Below are positions 19,318-29,753 of a stretch of 64,000 nt of DNA, in pieces. Under the pieces are notes generated by a model, which was not told the origin of the DNA, did not search any database, and worked only from the letters and a program-made list of their open reading frames with translations. The first letter of the stretch is position 1; every line of letters begins with the position of its first letter. The position numbers and the translations under genes were made by a program. The DNA is from a virus (Duplodnaviria > Caudoviricetes), in IMG/VR virus record IMGVR_UViG_3300014720_000033, positions 531-64,530 of that record. One strand, written 5' to 3'.

Positions 19318-19809
19318 CTAAAACTGAAGCACGCAGTTGTCGAATCGAAGTGTCAGGGAGATCTCAGCCGGTCCGCCGTCCTCGTAGGTGACCTCACCGA
19401 AGTTGGCCTCCGTGATGAATGCTCCCTTGATGTCCCAGAGTTCCACCACGGTGCCGACGGGATCGAGGAGCTTCAGCTGCACGTCGCGCTTGTAGAAGTC
19501 GGCGTAACCTGAGCGACCCGACACCGACTCGAAGTGGGTGCGGACCCACTCCATCACCTGCTGGGCGCCCGAGGGGGCGATTGGATCGTGGAGGGTGACG
19601 GCCATCGTTCCGAAGGTCGTCTTGCCGGCGAGGTAACGACGTGAGTTGATGAAGGGGACTTCAACTTCCTCTGTCGTGATCGTCGGACGTGCCGTCGTCT
19701 TGATGATGTAGGCGTCGATGCCCTCGATCATAAGCACCCAACGATTCTTGCGCTTCGGCTCGAACTTCGCTGGAATCATTGATGTGACGTCAAGTGTCTC
19801 TGCGGCCAT
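19318..19809 (-). CDS. Tail tube protein (gp19-like)
   Basis: FEPKRKNRW, RP.I..EEVEVPFIN..RYLAGK, LLDPVGTVVELWDIKGAF, ISLTLRFD. Confidence 0.88.
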   Translation of the reverse strand: MAAETLDVTSMIPAKFEPKRKNRWVLMIEGIDAYIIKTTARPTITTEEVEVPFINSRRYLAGKTTFGTMAVTLHDPIAPSGAQQVMEWVRTHFESVSGRSGYADFYKRDVQLKLLDPVGTVVELWDIKGAFITEANFGEVTYEDGGPAEISLTLRFDNCVLQF

Positions 19810-19867
19810 GGTGTTCTCCTGTTATCCTGTTCTAAGTATTCTGTCTGTCGAAAAATTGTTGGTGAAA

Positions 19868-20248
19868 TCAGCGGTTTGCTCGAACTGCGGCGGCCCAAGT
19901 GCCGTCGTCTTCGTCCTCGTCCGTGTACATCGCAGAAGCGTTAAGCGCATCATCGAGGTAATCGTCGAGGTCGACGCTATAACCGCCGAGCGCGATCTGT
20001 AGATCTCGAATCTCCTCGGGGGTCACGCCTTCGCCGCGGCCGTCCATGATGAGGTCGAGATTCTTCCTGTCGTCTCTCGAGAGGCTTGCGTATTTCTTCG
20101 CGAAGTCCACGAGGTCGTCGAGCGACATGGGACCCACGTCGTCTTCAACACCCGCAGCCTCCAAGAGGCGCCTGTTCTGACGCTCCAAGAGTGCTGTAGA
20201 TATTTCTTCATTAATCAGGTCGGTTAACTGACCTCGTGTTATTCTCAT
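19868..20248 (-). CDS. Acidic hypothetical protein with MRIT..QL..LINEE N-terminal motif
   Basis: 126-aa ORF with GAGG upstream, between sheath and tube genes. Confidence 0.65.
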   Translation of the reverse strand: MRITRGQLTDLINEEISTALLERQNRRLLEAAGVEDDVGPMSLDDLVDFAKKYASLSRDDRKNLDLIMDGRGEGVTPEEIRDLQIALGGYSVDLDDYLDDALNASAMYTDEDEDDGTWAAAVRANR

Positions 20249-20255
20249 TTATTCC

Positions 20256-23200
20256 TCACTGCACCTGGGTGACATTGTTTGCGACCACGAAGTCAAGCGA
20301 TACGAACTCGATCGTCTTGGTAGGCTGCACGAATATCTTACCACGTATCGTGTTGTTGAGAATGTCGTCCTGCGTCGTCGTCGAGGAGTCGATGACAACC
20401 TTGAATCTCTCGAGACCGGCGAGGGCTTGGATCCTCTGGAGGCGTGGTGTGACTGCCGCGGAGAAGCGAGCGAGTGTTGCCTCGCGGTTCGGCTCGAAGA
20501 GGACCGTCTGTGCGATCTCTCGGACCTGTCGACGGATGTCGATGAGAAGGCGTCGTACGTTGACTCTGTCGAGAGCAGATGCAGCGACCTGGAGCGTCTT
20601 CTGGCCCCACACCACCACACCGCCACGAGGATTTGTTCCGCTTCGAACAGCTCCTGGGAAGGCGACGATTGGGTTGATTGACCTGTCGTAAAGCCTATCC
20701 ATGTCTCCCTGAGAGAGTCTGACGCGAGGCTCGAGCGCTGCCTCTGGGAGAGCACCTCGTGAGAAGCCCGCCGGCGCGAACCATGGATGTCCCACGGAGT
20801 CGTTGAGCGAGAGCGCGCCGAGCACGAGGACCGAGGGAGGCGCCTGGAGGTTCCTGCCGATCGGATCACGATAGAGTACGTCAGGGAAGTAGGCTGCAGC
20901 GAAGGAGGAGTCGACCGAGCGGTTGACGAAGGTGTCGACCGTCCTGATCACAGAAGGATTCTGTGTATCAAGCTTGACCTCGTTGTTGTTTTCGTCGACC
21001 TGTTCGATGTCCATGATGTAGAGAGCGTCGAATCTCTCCTCGACGGCAAGAGTCGCTGCATCTGTGACTATCGCCTCACGGATTCCCGGGATGGCGAGGA
21101 GCTGAATGTCCACGTTGGTCGTGTTCTTCATGACCTCGAGGGCCTTGAGGTAAGTCCTGACAGATGCTCCGTCCTGGAGACCACGGCCGGCCTGAGAGTT
21201 CATGTCTGCAGAAACGGCATTGTTGTTGATCTCGTAGGAGTCCTCGTCGAAGATATTGACGCCGTTGAATCCGCCCTGCATGAGGAAGGTGAACTTGGCA
21301 AACTGTCTGTTCGAGTTGATGTCGTCCGTCTTAAATCCTCTTACCTTGCTTGCGTCGGTCGATGTGAGGAACTTGGACGTGTCGGTCGACGTGACCTTTC
21401 CGTCTCTGCAGTAGACGGCGTTGACCCACTTGTTAGGATCGGCGAGGCCGTTCGATGCGGTCACGACCTGAAGGTTCTCCAACGTGAAGATGTTGTTGCA
21501 GAATCTGTCCGAGTCTATGACACCCCAAGCTGCCGTGTCAGGCTGTCCGCTGTTGCTGCCTGTGAGGAACTTCGCCTCTCCTGTCACGAAGTTGGGGAAG
21601 TACTTGGCAAAGGACTTGAGTGTGTCGTTCGGAAGGATGCTGTCGTTCTTCTTGACCAACGAAGCAGGATGCTCGAACTGAACTCCCCAGTAGAGTCTGC
21701 TGTTGACCTGTTCAAGTGCTGTCCACTCCTCAGACTGTGTGACTTTCCTGCGGAAGGGAACCGGTGGTGTAACTGCTCTCTTCGAGACGGTTCCTCCTAC
21801 ATCAGAGTTGAGACCTGCAGTGAGGAGGGCTCCAAGACTCTGGAGAGGCGCTGATCCGGAGGTCAAGAGGTGATCGACGCCCCTGAAGCCCATTGGTATC
21901 GCTGCGGGATCGACGAATCCGTTCTCGACGTCGACGTGGACTTCTACTCTCACGTAGTTCGAGCGGTTCTCGTAGTTTCCTTCGACGACCATTCTCTGCT
22001 CTGCTTCGTCTCTATCGAAGTCGAAGTATGCATGCAAGTCACCGATGACTTTCCCGATATACCTGTCAGACATCGGATCGAGGTTAACGCCTCGGAACAC
22101 TTCGTTAGGTATATTCTTCTTATCCTGATCTCTGTCTGTCCAGTACCTGAGGACGACATCGAAAGATCCGTATTTGTTGAGTGGGTCTGTGGAGACGTTG
22201 AGATTCTCGATGGAGACCTTGAAGAGAGTCGAAACGCCCGATCCGTCGTCCAACGAGTGAAGCCTAAAGAGGTTCTGTGCCTGTCCACCGAACTTCTGAG
22301 AGATGACCCAAGGCGAGACTGCGTGCGAGAATCTGTCTTCAAACGATTCGTAGTTGGGTACGGTCGATGTTCCGTTGTCATATGCAACCGAAGACGTGAG
22401 TAAGAAAGCCGAAGGTTCGGCGTACGCATTTGATGCGACAGCACCTGAAGTCGGATGCACGAGTCCAGATCCTGTAACGACAGCAAGGTTGGGATGAACG
22501 TCCCAACTCGCATAGAGGTAGTGTCCTGCTTCCTGAATCTTGTATGGATCAGTGTTGAGAGTCTTAGCAAAGTAGTTGTTCGACAGAGGGTCGAAGGATG
22601 CAGTGACGACTCGCGGATACCTATCGTCGGTTCCCTTGTGTCCATTGAGGAAAAGTACGAACTCTTGCTTCGGTGAAGTTCCATTCGAGAGAACAACGCT
22701 ACCAAGTGAAGATCCTCTAACGGAAGCATTACCCTCAAGCCCTATGGCAGTCTGACCAGGTGCTGAAGAGTTGGCGTCGAGAGAAGAAGAGAGCTTCAGC
22801 AAGACTCCTGACGGCGCCATTAGAACGCCTCTCACTATGGGAAGTGATGCTGTTACGTTGTAAGTTCCGACAGCGTTAGTTCCTTGTAGACCTGCCTCAG
22901 AGAAGAATGTGGAGCCTGCCGACTCAGACATGAAGCATCCGAGGAAGTAAAGGCGCCCCGAAGAGCCGTTGCTGTTGGCGTAAGAGTTTGAGCTGATCTC
23001 TCCATCTGAGTCTGGAAGCTCTGACCCGACGACGAAACCTGCTCTAGTTACTCTGCTGGCGTCTGTGATGTCTCTCTTGCGACCGTCGCCGACGCCGAGG
23101 ACCTTCAGGTAGGTGACTGACTGCGCATTGCGAAGCCATTCCACAACGGCAAGAGGACCGAACTTCTTGCCGTCTGTCTGACCAAACTTGGAATACCAGT

Positions 23201-23357
23201 CCGACAGATTGCCAACGGTCACTGGTACGAAAGCAGGTCCCTTCAAAGAAGTTCCTACAATACCAGCGGGTACGCCGACAGGCTGTTGAGTCGTGGGGCC
23301 AGAGATATCAATTTCTCTTGCCGTGACTCCTGCGCTTCCGAATTTCAGTTGTGCCAT
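20256..23357 (-). CDS. Tail sheath protein, copy A
   Basis: AGVTAREID, KGPAFVPVTV, PWFAPAGFSRG, INPIVAFPG, WGQKTLQ, SALDRVNVRRLL, IFVQPTKTIEFV. Confidence 0.93.
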   Translation of the reverse strand: MAQLKFGSAGVTAREIDISGPTTQQPVGVPAGIVGTSLKGPAFVPVTVGNLSDWYSKFGQTDGKKFGPLAVVEWLRNAQSVTYLKVLGVGDGRKRDITDASRVTRAGFVVGSELPDSDGEISSNSYANSNGSSGRLYFLGCFMSESAGSTFFSEAGLQGTNAVGTYNVTASLPIVRGVLMAPSGVLLKLSSSLDANSSAPGQTAIGLEGNASVRGSSLGSVVLSNGTSPKQEFVLFLNGHKGTDDRYPRVVTASFDPLSNNYFAKTLNTDPYKIQEAGHYLYASWDVHPNLAVVTGSGLVHPTSGAVASNAYAEPSAFLLTSSVAYDNGTSTVPNYESFEDRFSHAVSPWVISQKFGGQAQNLFRLHSLDDGSGVSTLFKVSIENLNVSTDPLNKYGSFDVVLRYWTDRDQDKKNIPNEVFRGVNLDPMSDRYIGKVIGDLHAYFDFDRDEAEQRMVVEGNYENRSNYVRVEVHVDVENGFVDPAAIPMGFRGVDHLLTSGSAPLQSLGALLTAGLNSDVGGTVSKRAVTPPVPFRRKVTQSEEWTALEQVNSRLYWGVQFEHPASLVKKNDSILPNDTLKSFAKYFPNFVTGEAKFLTGSNSGQPDTAAWGVIDSDRFCNNIFTLENLQVVTASNGLADPNKWVNAVYCRDGKVTSTDTSKFLTSTDASKVRGFKTDDINSNRQFAKFTFLMQGGFNGVNIFDEDSYEINNNAVSADMNSQAGRGLQDGASVRTYLKALEVMKNTTNVDIQLLAIPGIREAIVTDAATLAVEERFDALYIMDIEQVDENNNEVKLDTQNPSVIRTVDTFVNRSVDSSFAAAYFPDVLYRDPIGRNLQAPPSVLVLGALSLNDSVGHPWFAPAGFSRGALPEAALEPRVRLSQGDMDRLYDRSINPIVAFPGAVRSGTNPRGGVVVWGQKTLQVAASALDRVNVRRLLIDIRRQVREIAQTVLFEPNREATLARFSAAVTPRLQRIQALAGLERFKVVIDSSTTTQDDILNNTIRGKIFVQPTKTIEFVSLDFVVANNVTQVQ

Positions 23358-23406
23358 TTATCTGCTCCAATCAATTTGTTACTAACTATGTGCCTGGTGA
23401 CGAATT

Positions 23407-26400
23407 TCAGACGAATTGCACGCCACTATTTGTGATGATGAAGTCGATCGCGATGTATTCCACCACTCTCGTTGGGACGACCACGATTCGACCGTTGAGG
23501 CGGTTGAGGTCGACGTCATCTTGCGTGTTGTTCGACTCGTTCATCACCACCTGGAAGGCCTCGACTCCTGCCTGAGCCTGAATGAGGCTGAGCTGGAATG
23601 AAGTGTCTGCCACAAACTTATTGCGGACGGCAGGTGTGTTCTGCTCGAAGACGATCCTCTGCGCGATGTCGATGATGATGCGTTTGATCTCGAGCATCAA
23701 CCTGCGAACATTTACTCTGTCGAGTGCAGACTTGTTGATCTGCAGCGTCTTCTGTCCATAGATCACGTAACCGAGCCTCGGGAAGGAGGCGATAGGATTG
23801 ATGCGTGAATCGTAGAGGCGATCCTTGTCTGTGCTGCTGAGTCTGATTGCCACGTTGGTGACGAAATCCAAAGCTGCACGGTTAAATCCTGCTGGTGCGA
23901 ACCAAGGATAGGTTACTCTGTCGTTAAAGGCGAGGGCTCCAAGTGCTGGTACAGATGCTGGGACCTTTACTCTACGACGATTTGTTACGTCGTCGATGAA
24001 GACGTCTGGGTAGTAGACTGCTGCGTAGTTGTTGTCTATCACCCTGCTGTCAAACTTGGACGTCGTCTGGTTTATGTTTGGTTTGTTGGTAGAGTCGTCG
24101 TAGAGCCTGGTTCCGTTGTCGTCGTAGGACGGAATGTCCATGACGTACATCGAGAGGCCGTAGTCGCGAGTCTTGGCCATCGTCTGGTCTGTTATGTATG
24201 GCTCCCGAATTCCAGGTACCACGAGGAGATTGTTGTTGGCCTCAAGCGGGTTTGTGGCGATGTCAACCGCCGTGAGGTAAGAAGCTACACCGTTGTTGCT
24301 GATGTTCTGACCCGACGGGTTGGTAGTAAATCCGCTTATTGAATTGCTCGTGGAGGCTCCACCAGCTGTTGCTGCATCGAAAGAGACGGACTTGTCATTG
24401 ATCCTGCGCGCGTCTCTGTTGAGGAAGTTTGTTCCGTCGAAACCACCGTACATAAAGTTTGTGAACTTGGAGTATGCGGAAAATCTGTTGAACACAGCAG
24501 CAGAACCCGATGCCAAAAGAGTGGCGAAGGTCATTCTGTTCCTGCCGCCTTCGGTCCAAGTGTACTTCGTGCTGTCCAACTTCGCGTTTCTGATGTAAGC
24601 AGCTTCTCTCATGTGGTCGTTGACCGAGCTTGTGAGCTGTGTAATCAATTCGTTGTAAAGGGCAACGTTGGCGAGCGTGAACTTGTTGTTGTTGAGACTG
24701 TCAGTTGTAGAGCCCGTCACGAGAGCATCAAGCTTCTCGATTCCTACGAACTTGGTATATGCCTCGAGCAACGCGTTCTTTTCATTGACAACGTTAGCAT
24801 TGAGGACATCGTTAGATGTTGGCGTAGAAGCTGTGCTGGCTCTCTCGAACTTGACACCCCAGTAGTAGGAAACGTTTGCCTGCTCAGAAGATCCAGGAGC
24901 TCCATCGAAGTTTCCTGTCGTAGAAACCTCACCTCTCGTAACCTTGTACCTGTGTGGTATGGGCGGGAGGAAGGAGCTTGAGAGCGAAGTGGCAACGCTC
25001 GTGAGTTGTCCTGTCAATCTTGCATTTGACGTTGGCAAGGAATCTGTGAGCTTTGTGCTTGGATTGATGTTGAGAAGCTTTGGCCCCCTGAAGCCGAAGG
25101 GAAGTGCATCCTTTGGAAGATTTCCTCTCTCGACTGCATCGTTCATCACTATTCTGACGTACTTCGAGTTGTTTGGATACTTCCCTGATGCGACCAGTCT
25201 CTTCTCTGTTGGATTGACAGCGTCAAAGTTGTAGTAAACTTTTCTGTCTCCGATGAGCTTCGCGACGTAATTGTCAGAATTCGGATCGAGCGTACAGTTA
25301 GTATATTGCTCAAGAATATTCAGAGACGTGTCGGTATCGTCCCAAGAACGGATCTGAACGTTGAACGTTCCAAACTTGTTGGAATCGTCTGCAGAAGCTC
25401 TAACGTTGCTTATGGAGATCTTGTAGAGCGCATTTGCGTACTCTCCATCGTCGATCGCCTCGAAGTTAAAGAGATCGTACTCAGTCGTTCCATATGGCTG
25501 AGAGATGAAGTCGGTCGTCTTTGGCGTAGAATACCTCGCGTTATAAGAACCGAAGACTTCTCTGAAGAAACGAGAAGAGAGGCCATTAGACGAAGTATTC
25601 GAAGAACCAGAGACGACAGCGACCTCACATGATGAGCTGACGTGAGCAACGTTGACGTCGACTGCAAAGTCTGCGTGGAGGTAGTGCTGTTCTTGGAAAA
25701 ACTTGTCGGGGTCTGTGTTCAAAACTTTAGCGAAGTAGTCCTTGTCAGAAGGATCAAAAGAGGCTGTAAGGACCTTAACACCAGGCTTCCCGTCACCTGT
25801 CGAGAATGTAGAACCCAATGACGAAGAAATAACAATTTTAATCTTATTGTCACCGTCGGCAATTGTCCAGTCATTTACAGCCGGACCTAAGCCTGTGATA
25901 GAAGTAGAGCTTGAAAGAACCATGACTCTAGCGGTATTGGGAGTCATGATGAGTCCTCTCACCAAGTTGATTCCAAGATCTGTCGTTGTCGTATCAGCAA
26001 CTGTGTCGTTGTCCTGAAACACAGGCATGCCGTAGAGACCTTTATCCGTTCTCACGTGCTTTGCAACGAGGAACTGAACTGCTCCGACGTCTCTAGCATC
26101 TGATGCAGATGAAGCTGATCCTGACAGTAAGAAACCTGCGTTGTTCACAGTTCCATAAACTCTTGTCGCATCTAGATGGGCATCTGTTGAATTGGCGCCG
26201 GCGCCTAAAACTCTCAAGTATGTGAGAGATGATCTATGCTTCAAGAATTCGTTGACGGCGTATGGTCCAAAGTTATTTGGATCTAAGTTGCCGAACAGCT
26301 GAACGAATTCATTGAAGTTTGCAACCGTGACAGGTACAAAAGCGGGGCCTTTGTTCGCGGTACCGATCACGGTAGCAGGGACGCCCACAGGTCCTGTTAC

Positions 26401-26466
26401 GGTTGGAGCGGAGAGGTCGATCTCACGCTCATAAAAGTTCGGCGCCTTGAAAGTCTGCTCGGCCAT
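23407..26466 (-). CDS. Tail sheath protein, copy B
   Basis: PNFYEREID, KGPAFVPVTV, PWFAPAGFNR, INPIASFP, GQKTLQ, SALDRVNVRRLM, VPTRVVEYI. Confidence 0.93.
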   Translation of the reverse strand: MAEQTFKAPNFYEREIDLSAPTVTGPVGVPATVIGTANKGPAFVPVTVANFNEFVQLFGNLDPNNFGPYAVNEFLKHRSSLTYLRVLGAGANSTDAHLDATRVYGTVNNAGFLLSGSASSASDARDVGAVQFLVAKHVRTDKGLYGMPVFQDNDTVADTTTTDLGINLVRGLIMTPNTARVMVLSSSTSITGLGPAVNDWTIADGDNKIKIVISSSLGSTFSTGDGKPGVKVLTASFDPSDKDYFAKVLNTDPDKFFQEQHYLHADFAVDVNVAHVSSSCEVAVVSGSSNTSSNGLSSRFFREVFGSYNARYSTPKTTDFISQPYGTTEYDLFNFEAIDDGEYANALYKISISNVRASADDSNKFGTFNVQIRSWDDTDTSLNILEQYTNCTLDPNSDNYVAKLIGDRKVYYNFDAVNPTEKRLVASGKYPNNSKYVRIVMNDAVERGNLPKDALPFGFRGPKLLNINPSTKLTDSLPTSNARLTGQLTSVATSLSSSFLPPIPHRYKVTRGEVSTTGNFDGAPGSSEQANVSYYWGVKFERASTASTPTSNDVLNANVVNEKNALLEAYTKFVGIEKLDALVTGSTTDSLNNNKFTLANVALYNELITQLTSSVNDHMREAAYIRNAKLDSTKYTWTEGGRNRMTFATLLASGSAAVFNRFSAYSKFTNFMYGGFDGTNFLNRDARRINDKSVSFDAATAGGASTSNSISGFTTNPSGQNISNNGVASYLTAVDIATNPLEANNNLLVVPGIREPYITDQTMAKTRDYGLSMYVMDIPSYDDNGTRLYDDSTNKPNINQTTSKFDSRVIDNNYAAVYYPDVFIDDVTNRRRVKVPASVPALGALAFNDRVTYPWFAPAGFNRAALDFVTNVAIRLSSTDKDRLYDSRINPIASFPRLGYVIYGQKTLQINKSALDRVNVRRLMLEIKRIIIDIAQRIVFEQNTPAVRNKFVADTSFQLSLIQAQAGVEAFQVVMNESNNTQDDVDLNRLNGRIVVVPTRVVEYIAIDFIITNSGVQFV

Positions 26467-26525
26467 TATCTAATCTCCTTCGATCTTGATTCTTCACATA
26501 ACTATCAACATCGAAGTCAGAAAGC

Positions 26526-27788
26526 TTACTTTGTAATCACAATTTCAAGGCCGCCTAGAGAAGCTCCTGAGTAAGTTACTTCTCCTTTTGAATTCTTTCC
26601 TGTTGCTTTTATTATACTTCCTCGGGGAGAGCTGATATTTGAATACGAGTTTGAGGAAGCGACAGGATCCAATTGGCCCTGAGCGGCGGAGTTAGAGCCT
26701 ATGTCAGAGAACACGGGGTAAACTTTCTGCTGCCTCCATCCGTCAGTCTGTTGATCCGTCTTTCTATTCGGTTGTTCGTCTAGCGGAAGTGTAGGATCGT
26801 CTGATCCTAAAACATAACCGTCATCAGGCTCATTGGGAGTAATTGGTCTGTCAAAACTCGATTCAAAGGATATTGTCGGAGAAGACACGTACCTCTTTAT
26901 GGGTATTGGAGATCCTGGGGACTCTGGGACGAAGAAATAAGCAGGGACGCTTACGTTGAATGTGTGCTTGATGTACCTCTCCTGCTGTGACATGTCATCA
27001 AAGTTTGTCTCCAGTGCAAAAGAACCATCTTCTACTTTGGCAACAAACCAGTACCCTTTGGGCGTGTCTAGACGCCACGACTGACCCTGTGGTAGGAGTG
27101 TACTGAAAATCTTCTCCATGATTTGGTTTGCGTGTTGCATATATTGAGTCCACACAGTCACCTGATACTTCGCAGTGTAGAACTGTGGTGTTGGGACGAC
27201 GATGGTCTCATACACGTTGTTTAGCAAGTTGGGCGCCAGGATTGCTCCGTCACGACGAGGCCTAGAATTTGACAGTTCGCCTGTCTTCCTGTCGGTATTT
27301 ACTACACTGTTCGGTGTACTGTCAGAAAGATTCTGCTGATTTGGAATGAGGAGTCTGTTAGACAGGTTCTGATAGTCCCTGTCCGTCTTATCTAGCCTTC
27401 TCTTTACTACTATCTCTCCGACGTTCTGATTTATGCCTCTTCCTGCGATATCTTCAGAAGACGACTGATTCAGATCAGTCCTCATTATGGTTATGAGTGG
27501 AAGTATCAAGGTATTGTTCTTGTCTCTCACGGGCCTTCCGCCTTTCAGAAGAGCCCACTTTTCTCCTGCTGCAAATATCACAGGAGTCTTCTTGACTTCA
27601 GAGGAATCTATTCCTCCATATTGCGCAGATATTTCCTTGTCGAACAAATCGAAGATTGACGAGTCAACATCTTCTATTCCGCAAGAAGGAATCGTCAGAG
27701 ACGGAGCGCTGTTGCCGTTCTCGTATCCTGTTTGAAGAGGCGCCTGATTAAAGTTCTTTTTGTAGCTTGGATTCAGTCTGGTGGGCAT
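26526..27788 (-). CDS. Tail completion/sheath stabiliser (gp15-like)
   Basis: PVIFAAGEKW, LILPLITIMR, P...YQVTVWTQYMQHANQIMEKI; position between neck and sheath genes. Confidence 0.65.
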   Translation of the reverse strand: MPTRLNPSYKKNFNQAPLQTGYENGNSAPSLTIPSCGIEDVDSSIFDLFDKEISAQYGGIDSSEVKKTPVIFAAGEKWALLKGGRPVRDKNNTLILPLITIMRTDLNQSSSEDIAGRGINQNVGEIVVKRRLDKTDRDYQNLSNRLLIPNQQNLSDSTPNSVVNTDRKTGELSNSRPRRDGAILAPNLLNNVYETIVVPTPQFYTAKYQVTVWTQYMQHANQIMEKIFSTLLPQGQSWRLDTPKGYWFVAKVEDGSFALETNFDDMSQQERYIKHTFNVSVPAYFFVPESPGSPIPIKRYVSSPTISFESSFDRPITPNEPDDGYVLGSDDPTLPLDEQPNRKTDQQTDGWRQQKVYPVFSDIGSNSAAQGQLDPVASSNSYSNISSPRGSIIKATGKNSKGEVTYSGASLGGLEIVITK

Positions 27789-27799
27789 TTAACTTCCCT

Positions 27800-28468
27800 T
27801 CACTCATCATAGAAAGCAGAACCTACTCGTGCAGGATCTCCGAGATCGGAGACCTGCTTTGGACCGGTCAGGGGTTTGTCGAGCACTTCGTTTTCGACAA
27901 GATCCCTCTTGTCTCCTGTCGCCTCACCATTCTCATCGACTGCTTCTCCTCGCTGCTGGTGAAATTCTGTTTGAACAGCAGCAGCATCGGTGTACCCAAT
28001 ATCTGTAGGTCCAATGAGAGGTGCAGTAAAGAGACCTTCGCGGGCCTTGACGCCGACGAGTTTGACGCCATCCTTGTGTTCCGGCATGCCGTAGATGTTT
28101 CTCATGAACGACCGCTCTGTTATCTCGTAGAAGACGTCAGAGAAGGAGAAGAAGTCACCGATGGAAACGTTGATGCCCTTGTCTAAGAGGTCCCTGTGTT
28201 GAACGTACACCTCGATCTTGTACTGGGCGTCGACGCCGAACTTGTCTATCTTCGTGTCGGTCTGGAAGTTGCTGTCCACCAGCGCGTCGAGGGCGATGGG
28301 GTTGTCGTACACCTTCTTCAGCGCCTCGTTGTAGACTCCGTGCGTCTTCGTCTTCAGCTCGGAAATTGGGTACAGAAATATTTTTTGACCTATCACATCC
28401 TTGACAATCTCCTTGGTAATGTCACTGATGAAGTTGAGTTCTCTGGGTCCGAGGAAAAGACGTGCCAT
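27800..28468 (-). CDS. Neck/head-closure protein (gp14-like)
   Basis: DVIGQKIFLY, GVYNEA..KVYD, KFGVD, GDFFSF..VFYEI; synteny with the gp13-like gene. Confidence 0.65.
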   Translation of the reverse strand: MARLFLGPRELNFISDITKEIVKDVIGQKIFLYPISELKTKTHGVYNEALKKVYDNPIALDALVDSNFQTDTKIDKFGVDAQYKIEVYVQHRDLLDKGINVSIGDFFSFSDVFYEITERSFMRNIYGMPEHKDGVKLVGVKAREGLFTAPLIGPTDIGYTDAAAVQTEFHQQRGEAVDENGEATGDKRDLVENEVLDKPLTGPKQVSDLGDPARVGSAFYDE

Positions 28469-28471
28469 GGA

Positions 28472-29647
28472 TCATCCTATCGTGATGGTGTGGCCCTTAG
28501 GCATCGGAACGTACTTCAACTGCTTGTTGAGGGACTCGGCGGCGGCGGCGTCGGATTCTAACATCTTCTGATGTGTTAAGTTTGCAAGAAACTCCTTAAG
28601 CTGTGTGAGGAGTTTATCCTTGTCTTCACGTCCCGTAGTAACGAGCGACTCGCCGTTGAGCTGAAGATCTGCATTAGGAACGGGTATGTTCTGAAACTTT
28701 GATCGAACGAGGCCTAACATCTCACGGCACAGAGCGAGTGTATACTGTCTAATCCACTGACGACCTGGCTGGTTTATCGAACCGAACGGAATGTTTCCAA
28801 GTGGAAAATTCTGGGGACCTGAGATGCCATCGATAGAATCATCAGAAAATGCTGAAGGATTGAGCGGATTCTGCGGAGGTAACACCCTACAAAAAAGTTT
28901 ACCAGTTTGCAAGTCTGTCATGGGAATAGGATAGATCCTTAGTTTGCTTCCCATTATCTCATAACTGTAGTGTGATCTTCTCACTCTGAAGGCTGACTCA
29001 AGCATTCCTCTGCGAAGTACGTCTTCAAAGATGGGTAAAACATAGAAGATTGAAGAATTAACATACGACTCATAGTTGAAGTTCGTCGCCATGAAGTTCG
29101 TTATGTTAGAGGCATTTAACAAAAAGTGTTGAGCAGCAAGAGGTTCCATGTGAAATAACTCAACGACTTTAAGCTTGCCTTTGCTGCCGGCAGGTAAATT
29201 ACCGTATACAGACGAGCCTGATACAAAGTCTTTCAAGTCTGTATAGATGTCGTAGTCCTGCTTTCCACCGACAAGATCAAAATAGCCTAACGTGTAATTA
29301 AAAGAACCTCCGACGTAAGCTTCAGTCGCATAGGGCTCTGCCATTCTCACCAAGTATTCAAGTGTTTGACGAGAATACTTGTTCGTATAGTCTTCCGATG
29401 TAGATACACCAAGGACGTTCGTCAATTCAGAAACTATCTTCGTCTCATGGACTTGTCGAGAGTATTCGCAGACAGCTTCTTCAAGGCAAGACCAGATCTG
29501 CTTCTTCGTCAATTCGACAGAGAGGACGTCGTCACCGAGCTTCCTCTTCACGTAAGTGACCATGGAATCTGCTTCTGCTTGAAAGTCAGCGTCAGCGTCA
29601 AAAAAGCCAAATGGCGTGGGTGCTATTGTGTTAACGAACGTGGCCAT
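28472..29647 (-). CDS. Neck/head-tail adaptor protein (gp13-like)
   Basis: RKLGDDVLSVELT..Q, WIRQYTLALCREMLG.VRSKF, LQLNGESL. Confidence 0.8.
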   Translation of the reverse strand: MATFVNTIAPTPFGFFDADADFQAEADSMVTYVKRKLGDDVLSVELTKKQIWSCLEEAVCEYSRQVHETKIVSELTNVLGVSTSEDYTNKYSRQTLEYLVRMAEPYATEAYVGGSFNYTLGYFDLVGGKQDYDIYTDLKDFVSGSSVYGNLPAGSKGKLKVVELFHMEPLAAQHFLLNASNITNFMATNFNYESYVNSSIFYVLPIFEDVLRRGMLESAFRVRRSHYSYEIMGSKLRIYPIPMTDLQTGKLFCRVLPPQNPLNPSAFSDDSIDGISGPQNFPLGNIPFGSINQPGRQWIRQYTLALCREMLGLVRSKFQNIPVPNADLQLNGESLVTTGREDKDKLLTQLKEFLANLTHQKMLESDAAAAESLNKQLKYVPMPKGHTITIG

Positions 29648-29753
29648 GTGTCACACCTATCCTGTGCGATAAGTATGTGATCGTCTTGGATTTGGTCTCA
29701 CCTACCAAGAGTTTGTGGACAGTTCCTGATCGACGGCGCTCTCGAATCGAAGA

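Noticed and set aside
20787-21854. Long antisense and alternate-frame ORFs (also 2893..3594, 21950..22738, 42685..43386, 49938..50756, 59267..59899)
   Set aside because: They shadow well-supported genes, are expected from codon bias, and lack RBSs or motifs.
5188-29647. Bacterial extracellular contractile injection system or tailocin
   Set aside because: Neck proteins, SSB, recA with an intron and phage-style gene packing indicate a true phage genome; no Afp15-like ATPase is present.
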